Assembly (NCBI GenBank): GCA_963795855.1
Contig: CAWCIZ010000001.1
Location: 384,001 to 448,000 of the forward strand
Reading direction: 5' to 3'
Origin: Vulcanimicrobiota bacterium
GTDB taxonomy: Bacteria; Vulcanimicrobiota; Vulcanimicrobiia; Vulcanimicrobiales; Vulcanimicrobiaceae
Length of the DNA stretch: 64,000 bases
In this document: positions 39,954 to 51,224 of the stretch, one piece after another
How the letters are laid out: every line of letters starts with the position of its first letter
How positions within the stretch are numbered: position 1 is the first letter of the stretch
Notes under the pieces: generated by a model
What the model was told of the DNA's origin: nothing
Database searches by the model: none
Seen by the model: only the letters and a program-made list of their open reading frames with translations
Position numbers and translations under genes: made by a program

Positions 39954-40046
39954 CTTTTTGTTGTTTCGGACGAAAGGCGGCGGGAACGTACCCCGGCCGC
40001 CTTACGTGCAAGCGAGCGAATCCTGACCTGCCCATGCGGGCTGATA

Positions 40047-40075
40047 CAGACAAAGCCCCCGCCCCGTGCTATACT
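40047..40075 (+). promoter_or_regulatory. Sigma70-type promoter of the rpsB operon
   Basis: CAGACA-N17-TATACT with an extended -10 TG. Confidence 0.65.
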
Positions 40076-40080
40076 CTTGC

Positions 40081-40178
40081 GGTTGTCACCATCTCGCCCC
40101 TCACGGAGGAGGGGTGTTTATGGCCTCATTCGTCCGGTGTCTCGGAGGGCGGCCGGCGAGGTCCAGAAAGGAACCGAC
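40081..40178 (+). promoter_or_regulatory. Structured rpsB 5' leader (possible S2 autoregulatory element)
   Basis: About 100-nt leader with hairpin gcccctc/gaggggt. Function inferred from position only. Confidence 0.4.
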
Positions 40179-40970
40179 TTGTCAGTCATTTCAATGCGCG
40201 CCCTGCTCGAAGCGGGCGTCCACTTCGGCCACCAGACTCGGCGGTGGAACCCGAAGATGAAGCCGTACATCTTTCAAGAGCGTAACGGCATCTACATCAT
40301 CGACCTGGCCTTGACGGTTCAGAAGCTGCGCGAAACGTACGAAGCGGTCAAGCAGATGTCGCGCGAGGGGAAAGTCATTCTCTTCGTGGGCACCAAGAAG
40401 CAGGCGCAGGACGTAGTCAAGGAAGAGGCGGAGCGCGCCGGCACCTACTTCGTGAACCAGCGCTGGCTGGGAGGCACCCTCACGAACTTCTCGACGATCC
40501 AGAAGCGCATCGCGCGCCTCCGCGAACTCGAGAACATGAAGCAGCAAGGCGACTTCGACCGGCTTCCCAAGAAAGAGGTCGCGAAACTTGCGGACGAGAT
40601 GGCCAAGCTCGAACGCTTCCTGGGCGGCATCAAGGACATGCACCGCCTGCCCGACGCGATCTTCATCGTGGATCCGAAGAAAGAACAGATCGCGGTCAAC
40701 GAAGCGCGCAAGCTGAAGATTCCGATCATCGCAGTGATCGACACGAACTGCGATCCCGAGGAGATCGATTTCCCGATACCGGGCAACGACGACGCGATCC
40801 GCGCCGTCAAACTGATGGTCTCCAAGATTGCGGACGCAATCATCGAGGGTCGTACCGAAACGGAAAGCGCGGGCGACGTCTCCGCGTACGGGGAGCCCGA
40901 ACCGGCCGAGTCCTTTGCGCAGCCCGAGGAACCGGTCAGGACGATGGCCGAGGCCGAAGCCGGCGTCTGA
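40179..40970 (+). CDS. rpsB: 30S ribosomal protein S2
   Basis: TTG start; [37 protein letters not shown]. Confidence 0.98.
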   Translation: MSVISMRALLEAGVHFGHQTRRWNPKMKPYIFQERNGIYIIDLALTVQKLRETYEAVKQMSREGKVILFVGTKKQAQDVVKEEAERAGTYFVNQRWLGGTLTNFSTIQKRIARLRELENMKQQGDFDRLPKKEVAKLADEMAKLERFLGGIKDMHRLPDAIFIVDPKKEQIAVNEARKLKIPIIAVIDTNCDPEEIDFPIPGNDDAIRAVKLMVSKIADAIIEGRTETESAGDVSAYGEPEPAESFAQPEEPVRTMAEAEAGV

Positions 40971-41045
40971 CGATAACGAGAGGGGGCGGCAGCCCCTTCT
41001 TCATAACGAAGAACAGCACTTTTTAAAGAAGCAACTGGAGTAAAC

Positions 41046-42432
<1,387 letters not shown>

Positions 42433-42479
42433 CAGGCGCTCCGCCACTTGTGGCTGCGCGCCGCCGCGGAGACTATACC

Positions 42480-43031
42480 ATGACTGATATGAAAGACGCA
42501 GAAGGCAAGATGCAAAAGTGCGTGGACGCCACGCGCAGCGAGTTTTCAGCGATTCGTACGGGCCGCGCGACCCCCGCGCTGCTCGATCGTCTGCACGTCG
42601 AGGCGTACGGCGCCGCCGTGCCGCTCAAGCAGGTCGCCTCCGTCAGCGTTCCCGATTCGCGTTCTCTGGTCATCATGGCGTTCGACCGGAACACGGTCGG
42701 CGAGATACGCAAAGCGATCGAGAAAAGCGACCTGGGCCTCACGCCGAACATCGACGGCAGCGCCATTCGCCTGATGATTCCGCCGCTCAACGAAGAGCGC
42801 CGCAAAGACCTGGTCAAAGTCGTCAAAAAGAAAGCCGAAGACGGCAAGATTGCGGTGCGGAACGTTCGCCACAAGCTTCACGACGATCTCAAGGTCCAAC
42901 TCAAAGAGCACAAGATCACCGAAGACGACGGCAAACGTCTTCAAGATCAGCTGCAGAAACTGACCGACAAATTCATCAAGGACATCGATCAGTTGGTGGC
43001 GGCAAAAGAAAAAGAGATCTTGGAAGTCTAG
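42480..43031 (+). CDS. frr: Ribosome recycling factor
   Basis: IRTGRATP, PPLNEERRK, KEKEILEV. Confidence 0.97.
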   Translation: MTDMKDAEGKMQKCVDATRSEFSAIRTGRATPALLDRLHVEAYGAAVPLKQVASVSVPDSRSLVIMAFDRNTVGEIRKAIEKSDLGLTPNIDGSAIRLMIPPLNEERRKDLVKVVKKKAEDGKIAVRNVRHKLHDDLKVQLKEHKITEDDGKRLQDQLQKLTDKFIKDIDQLVAAKEKEILEV

Positions 43032-43034
43032 CGC

Positions 43035-43244
43035 GTGCCGCTCGAGGATCTGGTGCTCATGCCCGAAGTGGAGGCGCGGCGCGCACTGGCCGGACAGCAG
43101 ATCGCGCTGCGCGTGCTCGCTCCCGTGGGGGCGTACGCCGGCGTCGGGCGCCTGCGAGTACTTCGCGTCAAACCCGAAGGCGGGTGCGTGGAACTCGTTT
43201 GCGGGTACGAAGCGTACGATCGCATTCCTTTAAGGCCAGAATGA
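43035..43244 (+). CDS. Small hypothetical protein between frr and uppS
   Basis: 69-aa ORF that fills the gap, with an ATGA overlap with uppS. Confidence 0.6.
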   Translation: MPLEDLVLMPEVEARRALAGQQIALRVLAPVGAYAGVGRLRVLRVKPEGGCVELVCGYEAYDRIPLRPE

Positions 43245-43987
43245 CAGTACAAGGCGTTCTTCCGGCGTTGGCCGACCAACTCGACGGGTCGAGGCTTCCG
43301 AGTCACGTCGCCATCATCATGGACGGCAACCGGCGCTGGGCAAAGCATCGCGGCCTGCCGGGCATCGAGGGGCATCGCCGCGGCATGGTCGCGCTTCGCG
43401 AGGTGACGCGCGCCGCCAGCGATCTGGAGATTCCGCTGCTCACGGTGTACGGCTTTTCGACCGAGAACTGGCGCCGCGATTCCACGGAAATCTCGCTGTT
43501 GCTCGATCTTTGCGTGTATTTCGCGCAGAACGAATTGGCCGAGCTCTGCCGCAACAACGTTCGCGTGAACGTCATCGGCGCATATCGCGCGCTGCCGCCC
43601 GCCTCACGCAAGGCTCTCGAAGACTTGATGGCGCGGACGGCTTCGAATACGGGGCTGCTGCTGAATTTGGCGGTCAATTACAGCGCGCGGCTGGAGCTGG
43701 AACGCGCCGTGCGCGCCGTGGCCGGCGACGTCGCGGCCGGGCGCCTGAACCCCGAGGCCATCGACGAAGGAGTGTTCGCCTCGTACCTCTACACCGCGGA
43801 GATGCCCGACCCGGATCTGCTGATTCGGCCAGGCGGAGAGCATCGCTTGTCTAACTTCTTACTCTACCAAGTGGCCTACACGGAACTCATCATGACGGAC
43901 GTGTTTTGGCCCGATTTCGGCAAGGATGAATTCGTACGGGCGCTGATAGAGTTTCAAAAGCGGCAACGGCGTTTCGGCGGCGCGTAA
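43241..43987 (+). CDS. uppS: Isoprenyl transferase / undecaprenyl diphosphate synthase
   Basis: HVAIIMDGNRRWA, FSTENW, PDPDLLIRPGGEHRLSNFLLYQ. Confidence 0.97.
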   Translation: MTVQGVLPALADQLDGSRLPSHVAIIMDGNRRWAKHRGLPGIEGHRRGMVALREVTRAASDLEIPLLTVYGFSTENWRRDSTEISLLLDLCVYFAQNELAELCRNNVRVNVIGAYRALPPASRKALEDLMARTASNTGLLLNLAVNYSARLELERAVRAVAGDVAAGRLNPEAIDEGVFASYLYTAEMPDPDLLIRPGGEHRLSNFLLYQVAYTELIMTDVFWPDFGKDEFVRALIEFQKRQRRFGGA

Positions 43988-44022
43988 ACGCTCCCGCTGC
44001 CGCAGTTTCCAAAGAAACCGTC

Positions 44023-44823
44023 CTGACGCGGCGCATCGTCGTCGGCATCGCGCTCGCGATCGTCGGTCTCGTCTGCGTGGTGTGGCCGCCGGCTTTCTAC
44101 GCGCTGCTCGTGATTCTCGGCTCGATCATGTTGTACGAACTTTCACGCCTCTGCGACATCAAGGGGCAACCGCTCGAGTTCCAAGTTGCGATCCTTGGCG
44201 TGTTGGCCTACATCTTTCTCGCGATCTTTCACGGCATGTCGCGCTGGGAAGGCGTGCTGCTTGCGTGCATCGTGCTCATTACGTTTTGGCTGGGCATGTA
44301 CGGCGAGCAGCGCGGCTACTTTGCGCGCACCGCGTACACGCTCGTCGCGGTGCTCTACATCGGCAAACTGCTCACGTACTTCGTCTTCATTCGGGAAGTG
44401 CCGGTTCACGGCGTGTATTGGACCGTCTTCGTCATCGTGCTCATCGCAATGACCGACATCGCGGCAATGGCCGTCGGGTCGCTCGCCGGCCGGCACCAAC
44501 TTACGAAGATCTCTCCGAAGAAAACCATCGAAGGCGCCCTCGGTGCGCTGCTGCTGGTTACCGCGCTGGGAGCCCTGCTCTCGTACGTGCCGTACCTGGG
44601 CATGTCGTGGTGGCAAGGCGGCGCGCTGGGCGCGGCAACCTGCATCGCGGCGCAGGCGGGCGACCTCGTGGAATCGGCGCTCAAGCGCGACGCGGGCGTA
44701 AAAGACAGCGGGACGGTGATTCAAGGACACGGCGGCGTCCTGGATCGGTTCGATTCGTATCTCTTCGGCGGCATGGCGTTTTTCGGCACGCTGCACGTCT
44801 TGGGGCTTTTGACCGTTGGCTAA
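44023..44823 (+). CDS. cdsA: Phosphatidate cytidylyltransferase (start uncertain: CTG 44023 or GTG 44077)
   Basis: ISPKKTIEG, GDLVESALKRDAGVKDSG..GHGGVLDRFDS. Confidence 0.95.
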   Translation: MTRRIVVGIALAIVGLVCVVWPPAFYALLVILGSIMLYELSRLCDIKGQPLEFQVAILGVLAYIFLAIFHGMSRWEGVLLACIVLITFWLGMYGEQRGYFARTAYTLVAVLYIGKLLTYFVFIREVPVHGVYWTVFVIVLIAMTDIAAMAVGSLAGRHQLTKISPKKTIEGALGALLLVTALGALLSYVPYLGMSWWQGGALGAATCIAAQAGDLVESALKRDAGVKDSGTVIQGHGGVLDRFDSYLFGGMAFFGTLHVLGLLTVG

Positions 44824-45961
44824 AAAACGCGTCGCGATCCTCGGTTCGACCGGCTCCATCGGAACGCAAGCGCTCGACGTCATCGCGCACCATCCCGATC
44901 GTTTCGAAGTCGTCGCGCTCGCGGCCGGGAAGCAGATCGAGAAGCTGCGCGAGCAAGTTGCACGCTTCGGTGCACGCATCGCGGTAAGTGCCGAAGACGG
45001 CGCGGCCGGCTTGCGTCGCGTCGCAGTGGAAAGCGAGCCCGACATCCTGCTCGCGGCGACGGACGGATTCGTTTCGTTCGACGCAGTGTTCGCTGCCGTG
45101 GAACGGGGCATCGACGTCGCGGTTGCGAACAAAGAACTGATCGTCACTGCGGGCGAACTGCTGATTGCGGCGGCTAAACGCAGCGGCTCGAAATTGCTGC
45201 CCGTCGACTCCGAACATTCGGCGATTTTCCAGTGCCTGGTGGGCGAGGATCTCGACCGCGTGCGCGCGATCGTGCTCACGGCATCGGGTGGACCGTTTTG
45301 GCGCAAGACGAGTGAAGAAATCGAAAACGCCGGCGTCGATGCGGCGCTCGCGCACCCCACGTGGCAAATGGGTATCAAAAACACCGTGGACTCCGCGAGC
45401 ATGATGAACAAAGGCCTCGAGGTGATCGAAGCGAGCCGCTTGTTCGGGCTCCCGGGCGAGCGCGTCCAGATACTGGTGCATCCCCAATCGATCGCGCACG
45501 GCATGGTCGTCTTTACCGACGGTAACGTAAAGATTCAGGCAGCGGCACCGGACATGCGGCTTCCCATCGGGTACGCTTTGGCGTATCCGGATCGCTTGAT
45601 AAACGATGACGGCCGCCGCGACCCCTTGGTTGCCGCGGGCGCGCATCCCGAGGCAGCCGCGCTGCGTTATGAATTCGAGCGTCCGGATCCGCGGCGCTTC
45701 CCGTGCGTGCGTCTCGCGTATGAAGCGCTCGCAGCGGGGGGCACTATGCCGGCCGTGCTTTCTGCGGCGAACGAAATCGCGGTTGCGGCGTTCGTCGCGG
45801 GAGAGATCCGCTTCGGGCAGATTCCCGCGGTCATCGAAACGGCGATGAGCGCGGAGTCGTCCGAGGCGCTCAGTTTGGACGGCGTTCGCCGCGCCGACCG
45901 CTCCGCTCGGGAACGCGCGCGCGAAGCAGTCGCAGAGCTGCGCTGCGCGCAAGAGGTGTAA
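44816..45961 (+). CDS. dxr: 1-deoxy-D-xylulose-5-phosphate reductoisomerase
   Basis: ILGSTGSIGTQAL, LPVDSEHSAIFQ, HPTWQMG, NKGLEVIEA. Confidence 0.97.
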   Translation: MAKKRVAILGSTGSIGTQALDVIAHHPDRFEVVALAAGKQIEKLREQVARFGARIAVSAEDGAAGLRRVAVESEPDILLAATDGFVSFDAVFAAVERGIDVAVANKELIVTAGELLIAAAKRSGSKLLPVDSEHSAIFQCLVGEDLDRVRAIVLTASGGPFWRKTSEEIENAGVDAALAHPTWQMGIKNTVDSASMMNKGLEVIEASRLFGLPGERVQILVHPQSIAHGMVVFTDGNVKIQAAAPDMRLPIGYALAYPDRLINDDGRRDPLVAAGAHPEAAALRYEFERPDPRRFPCVRLAYEALAAGGTMPAVLSAANEIAVAAFVAGEIRFGQIPAVIETAMSAESSEALSLDGVRRADRSARERAREAVAELRCAQEV

Positions 45962-47113
45962 GTGACCATTCTACTCGCCGCCGTGACCCTGGTGAACGTC
46001 GAAAAAATCGCGCTGTTCATCGTCATGCTTTCGGTGCTGATCGTGCTGCACGAATACGGCCATTTCATCATCGCGCGCATCAACAAAGTGCGCGTGCTCG
46101 AATTCTCGGTCGGCATGGGCCCGCTCATCGCCCGTTTGAAGAGCAAGCGCAGCGGCACGCAATACTCGCTGCGAGCGCTGCCAATCGGTGGGTACTGCGC
46201 GATGCACGGCGAGGACAATCGTACCTCCGAGGCCGATCAGCAGCGGGAATTCCGCCAAACGGTCGTCGTGAACGGACGCGAATACGACGACGACAACTTC
46301 CAAGCGAAAAACGCGTGGCGGCGCTTGGCGATCGTGCTCGCCGGACCTATCGCCAACTTCATCCTCGCATTCGTTATTCTGGTCGTAAGCGCCGTGGCGT
46401 TCGGCGTCAGCAGCGATCGGCCGCAACCCGTCATTCAAGTCGTGCAGCAGGGCTCGCCGGCCGCGCGCGCGGGACTCAAAGTGAACGATCGCATCCTCGC
46501 CATCAACGGCCGGGCGGTGCGAGGCGGCCAAGATCTCGTGACGCTCATCCATCACTCGCTCCATAAGAAACTGGCGGTCACGTTTGCTCGCGGCGGCGAG
46601 CAGCAGCGCGTCTCCGTGGTTGCCGGCTCGTGCCCTCCGCCGGAGTCTGCGTCTTGGGGGTGCATCGGATTCGTGCCCGTCGACACGCTCGAACGCGTGC
46701 CGTTCCGCGAGGCCGTCGTCGATGCGGCGTACGCGTTCGCGAACATCGGTCAGCAGACGTTTGGAAGCCTCGCGCTGCTGGTGAGCCATCCGGTGAAGTA
46801 CGGCGGCCAAGTCTCCGGCGTGGTGGGCATGGCGCAGGCGGCTACGGCGATTCAAGATTGGGGTTGGGGCTACTATCTCAGTTTCGCAGCGCTGATTTCG
46901 TTTGCGCTGGGCGTCTTCAACCTGCTGCCGCTGCCGGCCCTCGACGGCGGCCGCGGCGCCTTCATCGTCGGCGAGCTCGTACGCGGGAAACCCGTCGATC
47001 CGGAGAAAGAGGCCTGGGTGCACATCACAGGGCTCGCCGTGCTAATCGCGCTCATGCTCGTGATCAACTTCAACAACGTCGTGCAGATCGTTCAAGGGAA
47101 AGGACCGTTTTAG
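45962..47113 (+). CDS. rseP: Site-2 protease RseP (M50 family, PDZ domain)
   Basis: HEYGH, AGPIANF, PDZ domain, NLLPLPALDGG. Confidence 0.95.
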   Translation: MTILLAAVTLVNVEKIALFIVMLSVLIVLHEYGHFIIARINKVRVLEFSVGMGPLIARLKSKRSGTQYSLRALPIGGYCAMHGEDNRTSEADQQREFRQTVVVNGREYDDDNFQAKNAWRRLAIVLAGPIANFILAFVILVVSAVAFGVSSDRPQPVIQVVQQGSPAARAGLKVNDRILAINGRAVRGGQDLVTLIHHSLHKKLAVTFARGGEQQRVSVVAGSCPPPESASWGCIGFVPVDTLERVPFREAVVDAAYAFANIGQQTFGSLALLVSHPVKYGGQVSGVVGMAQAATAIQDWGWGYYLSFAALISFALGVFNLLPLPALDGGRGAFIVGELVRGKPVDPEKEAWVHITGLAVLIALMLVINFNNVVQIVQGKGPF

Positions 47114-47114
47114 C

Positions 47115-48257
47115 GTGATCCGTCTCCGCAGGCAAAGCAGGCCGGTTTTTCTGCAGAACAAGACCGGCAAAGCCGACGCGAAAGGCGTATGGATCGGAGG
47201 CGACCATCCCGTCGTCGTGCAGACGATGACGACCACCGATACCGCGGACGCGGAAGCGACGCTCGCGCAAATCTACGGTCTGGCGATGGAAGGTGCCGAA
47301 GTCGTGCGCGTGACCGTGAAAGATCCGCCCGACGCCGCAGCCATGCCGGCGATCGTCCATCGTTCGCCGGTACCGATCGTCGCCGACATTCACTTCGACC
47401 ATCGTATGGCGCTCGCCGCGATCGAAGCGGGCGTCGCTAAGCTGCGCCTGAACCCCGGCAACATTCGCGATTACGCCAAGACGAAGCAAGTCGTCGAAGC
47501 GGCGAAAGCCAAAGCAATTCCGATTCGCATCGGCGTCAACATGGGTTCCCTGGCCCCCGATCTGGAGAAAACGCTCGGCCACACCGCGGAGGCGATGGTC
47601 GAATCGGCCATGCGCCACGTCGATATCCTGGAAGAGTTGGATCACCGCGACATCGTGATATCGCTCAAAGCGCACGACGTCACGACGACGGTGCACGCAT
47701 ATCGCTTGATGGACAAACGCTTGCGAGAGCGTGACACGCCGTATCCGCTGCACCTGGGAATCACCGAGGCGGGCTTGCTGCGTGACGGCACCATCAAATC
47801 GTCGATCGGACTCGGTCTGCTGTTGTTCGAAGGTATCGGCGACACGATTCGCGTTTCGCTCGCGGCGGATCCCATCGAAGAAGTGCCCGTATGCTGGAGC
47901 ATTCTCAAGTCGCTCGGGCTGCGCGAGAAGGGCTTTGAAATCACCGCGTGCCCGTCGTGCGGCCGCGCGGAAATCAGCGTGCTCGAATTGGGCCGCGCCG
48001 TCGAAGCCATCGCGAAAGAGTACACCGCGCCCGTGAAGGTCGCCGTGATGGGCTGCGTGGTGAACGGTCCGGGCGAATCCAAGATGGCCGACGTCGGCGT
48101 CGCCGGCGGAAAAGGCAAAGGGGCCATTTATCGCGCCGGCGAGCTGGTCGGAACCTTCCCTGAAACGGAGCTTTTAGGGGCGCTTCGACTGGAAATCGAG
48201 AAGGTCATAGCCGAAAAATATCCTGATTACGTGCATGAGATATCACAAGCCGTCTAA
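47115..48257 (+). CDS. ispG: HMBPP synthase
   Basis: VADIHF, RLNPGN, GIGDTIRVSL, CPSCGR, VMGCVVNGPGE. Confidence 0.97.
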   Translation: MIRLRRQSRPVFLQNKTGKADAKGVWIGGDHPVVVQTMTTTDTADAEATLAQIYGLAMEGAEVVRVTVKDPPDAAAMPAIVHRSPVPIVADIHFDHRMALAAIEAGVAKLRLNPGNIRDYAKTKQVVEAAKAKAIPIRIGVNMGSLAPDLEKTLGHTAEAMVESAMRHVDILEELDHRDIVISLKAHDVTTTVHAYRLMDKRLRERDTPYPLHLGITEAGLLRDGTIKSSIGLGLLLFEGIGDTIRVSLAADPIEEVPVCWSILKSLGLREKGFEITACPSCGRAEISVLELGRAVEAIAKEYTAPVKVAVMGCVVNGPGESKMADVGVAGGKGKGAIYRAGELVGTFPETELLGALRLEIEKVIAEKYPDYVHEISQAV

Positions 48258-48705
48258 GACGACCCTCGCCGCTACCCTCCTGCTGGCGCTCTTCGGATCG
48301 CTCACGTTCGCGCTGTCGAAACCCGTGGAAGTGCGCGTCGACGGTCAGCCCGTGATCAGCGACGTGCCGCCGGTGACGACCTCGAAGGGCGTCTTCGTTC
48401 CGCTCCGGCCCGTTGGGGACGCGCTCGGCGCCGAAACGCGGTACGAGCACAAATCGGGCGATGTGGTCGTCACGCGCGGGGATCGGACGCTGCACCTCAA
48501 AGTTGGTTCTACTCGCGCGAAACTCAACGGCATGCCGATGACGCTGCACCACGCGCCGTTTCGCGTGCGCGGGCGCGTGATGGTCAGTTTGCGTGCCGTG
48601 CAGCAAGTTTTCGGCGTGCGCGTGAGATTCAACAAGATGACGGCGCGCGTCGACGTCAATACGCCCGGCGTTTCGGAAGCCGCGGCGCAGTTCGAAACTC
48701 AGTAA
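48235..48705 (+). CDS. Secreted copper amine oxidase N-terminal (stalk) domain protein
   Basis: Signal peptide, FVPLRPVGDALGA, GRVMVSLR. Confidence 0.8.
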   Translation: MRYHKPSKTTLAATLLLALFGSLTFALSKPVEVRVDGQPVISDVPPVTTSKGVFVPLRPVGDALGAETRYEHKSGDVVVTRGDRTLHLKVGSTRAKLNGMPMTLHHAPFRVRGRVMVSLRAVQQVFGVRVRFNKMTARVDVNTPGVSEAAAQFETQ

Positions 48706-48723
48706 GCGGAGCAGAATCGCACC

Positions 48724-49623
48724 GTGGAGCGCTGGCCCGCTCTCCACTACGCGCAGTGGACGCAGACCCTCGAGACGCTCCATCGTTGGATGCAAGTCGT
48801 CGGCAAAATCCGCCTTCGTCAAGAGCCGCTCACCAATCACTGGTGGAACGTTCCGCTGTACGTCACCTCTCGCGGTTTGACGACGTCGATGATGCCGTAC
48901 TCGGGCGGCCGCAGCTTTGAAATCGCGTTCAACTTCATCGATCACGCGCTTTGCGTGCACGGATGCGACGGAGAGCAGACCCGCATAGCGCTCGAGCCGA
49001 TGAGCGTCGCGGCGTTTTATCAGCGCTTGATGAGCGCGCTGGACGAGTTGAATTTCCGCGTGAGCATCGATCGCATGCCCAGTGAAATTGCCGATCCGGT
49101 GCGCTTCGATCGCGACACGGCGCACGCGTCCTACGACCGCGCTGCGGTCGACCGTTTTTGGCGCGCGCTGCTCCAGGCGGATCGCCTGTGCAAGATCTTT
49201 CGAAACGAGTTCATCGGCAAGGTGAGCCCGGTGCATTTTTTCTGGGGCAGCTTCGATTTGGCGGTGACGCGCTTCTCCGGACGCAAGGCACCGCAGCACC
49301 CGGGCGGCATTCCGAACATTCCCGACAGCGTGACCCGCGAGGCGTATTCCCACGAGGTGCATAGCGTGGGTTTCTGGCCCGGCGGCTACGGGCTCGATGC
49401 GTCATTTTACGCGTACATGTATCCGATACCGGAGGGATTTTCGGCCGCGAAGATCGCCCCGGAAAGCGCGGGGTGGAACGCGCAGCTCAACGAGTTCGTG
49501 CTTCCCTACGAAGCCGCTCGGACGTCGGCCGATCCTGATGCTGCCGTGCTGAGTTTTTTCCGTTCGACGTACGCTGCGGGCGCCGGCCTCGCCGGATGGG
49601 ATCGCGCCGCGCTCGAGCGTTGA
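48724..49623 (+). CDS. DUF5996-like protein
   Basis: TLHRWMQVVGK, NHWWNV, SPVHFFWGSFDLAVTRFSGR, EAYSHE, GFWPG. Confidence 0.8.
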   Translation: MERWPALHYAQWTQTLETLHRWMQVVGKIRLRQEPLTNHWWNVPLYVTSRGLTTSMMPYSGGRSFEIAFNFIDHALCVHGCDGEQTRIALEPMSVAAFYQRLMSALDELNFRVSIDRMPSEIADPVRFDRDTAHASYDRAAVDRFWRALLQADRLCKIFRNEFIGKVSPVHFFWGSFDLAVTRFSGRKAPQHPGGIPNIPDSVTREAYSHEVHSVGFWPGGYGLDASFYAYMYPIPEGFSAAKIAPESAGWNAQLNEFVLPYEAARTSADPDAAVLSFFRSTYAAGAGLAGWDRAALER

Positions 49624-49630
49624 CGCGCTC

Positions 49631-51148
49631 CTAGGTGTATTCCTGCAGACCCTCCGGCTCGATGACGGGTTGAATCTCTTCCGGAATCGATTTGCGATAG
49701 CCGTACGAAAAGAAGAAAACGAGTCCCACGACGAGGGCTCCGCCGAACCAGATCCACGTCGTGCGCGAAAGCCCGAAAACGGCGAGAAACAGCGAGAAGA
49801 CGATGCCGAGGATCGGGAAGAGCGGCACGAACGGCACGCGGAACGTGCGCGGAATCTCCGGCCGATGCCGGCGCAGGTACAGCACGCCGCCGCAGACGAC
49901 CGAAAACGCGATAAGCGTGCCGATGTTCACGAGGTTCAGCAGCTCGTTGAGCGGCACGATGAGTGCGAGCACGGCAACCGCTATGCCCGTCAGCATCGTC
50001 GTCACGACGGGCGTTTTGAATCGCGGGTGAATGGTCGCAACGGCGGGCGGCAGCATCCGGTCGCGCGCCATGACGTAAAAGATGCGCGTTTGTCCAAGCA
50101 GCGAACTGAGGGCGACGCTCGTCGTGCCCGCCAGCACGCCGATGGTGATGATCCACGTGAGCGCGGGAACGTGCAGCGGAGCGAGCGCGTAGACCAGCGG
50201 ATTTTTGATTGGAACCTTGTTCCACGGCACCGCGCCGACGAGAACCAAAGCCGTCGCGCAATAAATCACCGTGCCGATGGCCAGCGCGCCGATGACCCCG
50301 AGCGGTACGTCGCGCTGCGGGTTCTTGCATTCTTCGGCCGTCGTCGTCGCCGTGTCGAAGCCGATGTAACTGAAGAAGACGAACGCGGAGATCGGGATGA
50401 TGCCGTACGGCTGCGAGGATTCGATCGCCCCGCCGAACGGCGAAATCTTGCCCCAGCCGTGAGGCGTGAACGCGTGCCAGTTCGCCATGTGTACGAGAAA
50501 TGCGCCGGCGACGATGAAGACCAGCAGCGCCGAGATCTTCAGCACGACGAAGACGTTGTTGGTCGTCGCAGACTCGCGGATACCGACTGAGAGTATCACG
50601 CTCAGCATTAGCACGAAGAGCGCCGCGACGACGTCGCACTGCGAATGCGCGATGTCCCAATTCGGCGGAAACCACCATGCGCCGTGAATCACGAGGTTGG
50701 ATTGCTGCGCCCACGCCGGCAAATTCACGCCCGAACTCTTGAGAATGTCCTGGATTGCCGCGGAGAATTGCTGCGCGACCGGCGCCGCGCTGATGCCGTA
50801 TTCGAAGAGCAGCGCGAAACCGATGATCCATGCGAAAAGTTTCCCGAGCGTCGCATAAGCGTACGTGTAGGCGCTTCCCGCGATGGGAACCATTGCGCCC
50901 AGTTCCGCGTAGCAGAGCGCGGCGAAGAACGACGTGAGTCCAGCGATGAGATACGAGATGATGACCGCGGGGCCCGCGCCTTTGACGCCGGTTCCGATCG
51001 TCGTGAAGATGCCGCCGCCGATCATGGTGCCCAGACCGATGGCGACCAGGTCTTTCGCCGTGAGCGCGCGCCTGAGAATCTTCTGCCGGGAGAGTGCGCG
51101 GAGTTTGTCGACGTTGGTCGTGGCGAACAGGCGTGCTGCTAGCGACAT
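49631..51148 (-). CDS. APC-family amino acid permease
   Basis: GLGTMIGGGIF, CYAELGAMVPIAGSAYTY, SYIGFD..AEECKNPQRD. Confidence 0.94.
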   Translation of the reverse strand: MSLAARLFATTNVDKLRALSRQKILRRALTAKDLVAIGLGTMIGGGIFTTIGTGVKGAGPAVIISYLIAGLTSFFAALCYAELGAMVPIAGSAYTYAYATLGKLFAWIIGFALLFEYGISAAPVAQQFSAAIQDILKSSGVNLPAWAQQSNLVIHGAWWFPPNWDIAHSQCDVVAALFVLMLSVILSVGIRESATTNNVFVVLKISALLVFIVAGAFLVHMANWHAFTPHGWGKISPFGGAIESSQPYGIIPISAFVFFSYIGFDTATTTAEECKNPQRDVPLGVIGALAIGTVIYCATALVLVGAVPWNKVPIKNPLVYALAPLHVPALTWIITIGVLAGTTSVALSSLLGQTRIFYVMARDRMLPPAVATIHPRFKTPVVTTMLTGIAVAVLALIVPLNELLNLVNIGTLIAFSVVCGGVLYLRRHRPEIPRTFRVPFVPLFPILGIVFSLFLAVFGLSRTTWIWFGGALVVGLVFFFSYGYRKSIPEEIQPVIEPEGLQEYT

Positions 51149-51224
51149 TTCGGCGGGGCGTTCAGTTCGGCGGAGCCGGCGTCCTGCGGGGTCCCGCTCA
51201 GCGTGTGCTGAAGACTTGCGCGCC

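Noticed and set aside
38328..40178. 880-aa ORF giving S2 a giant N-terminal extension
   Set aside because: The extension is the antisense shadow of rmlB/wbqC. A promoter, RBS and TTG start sit at 40047-40181.
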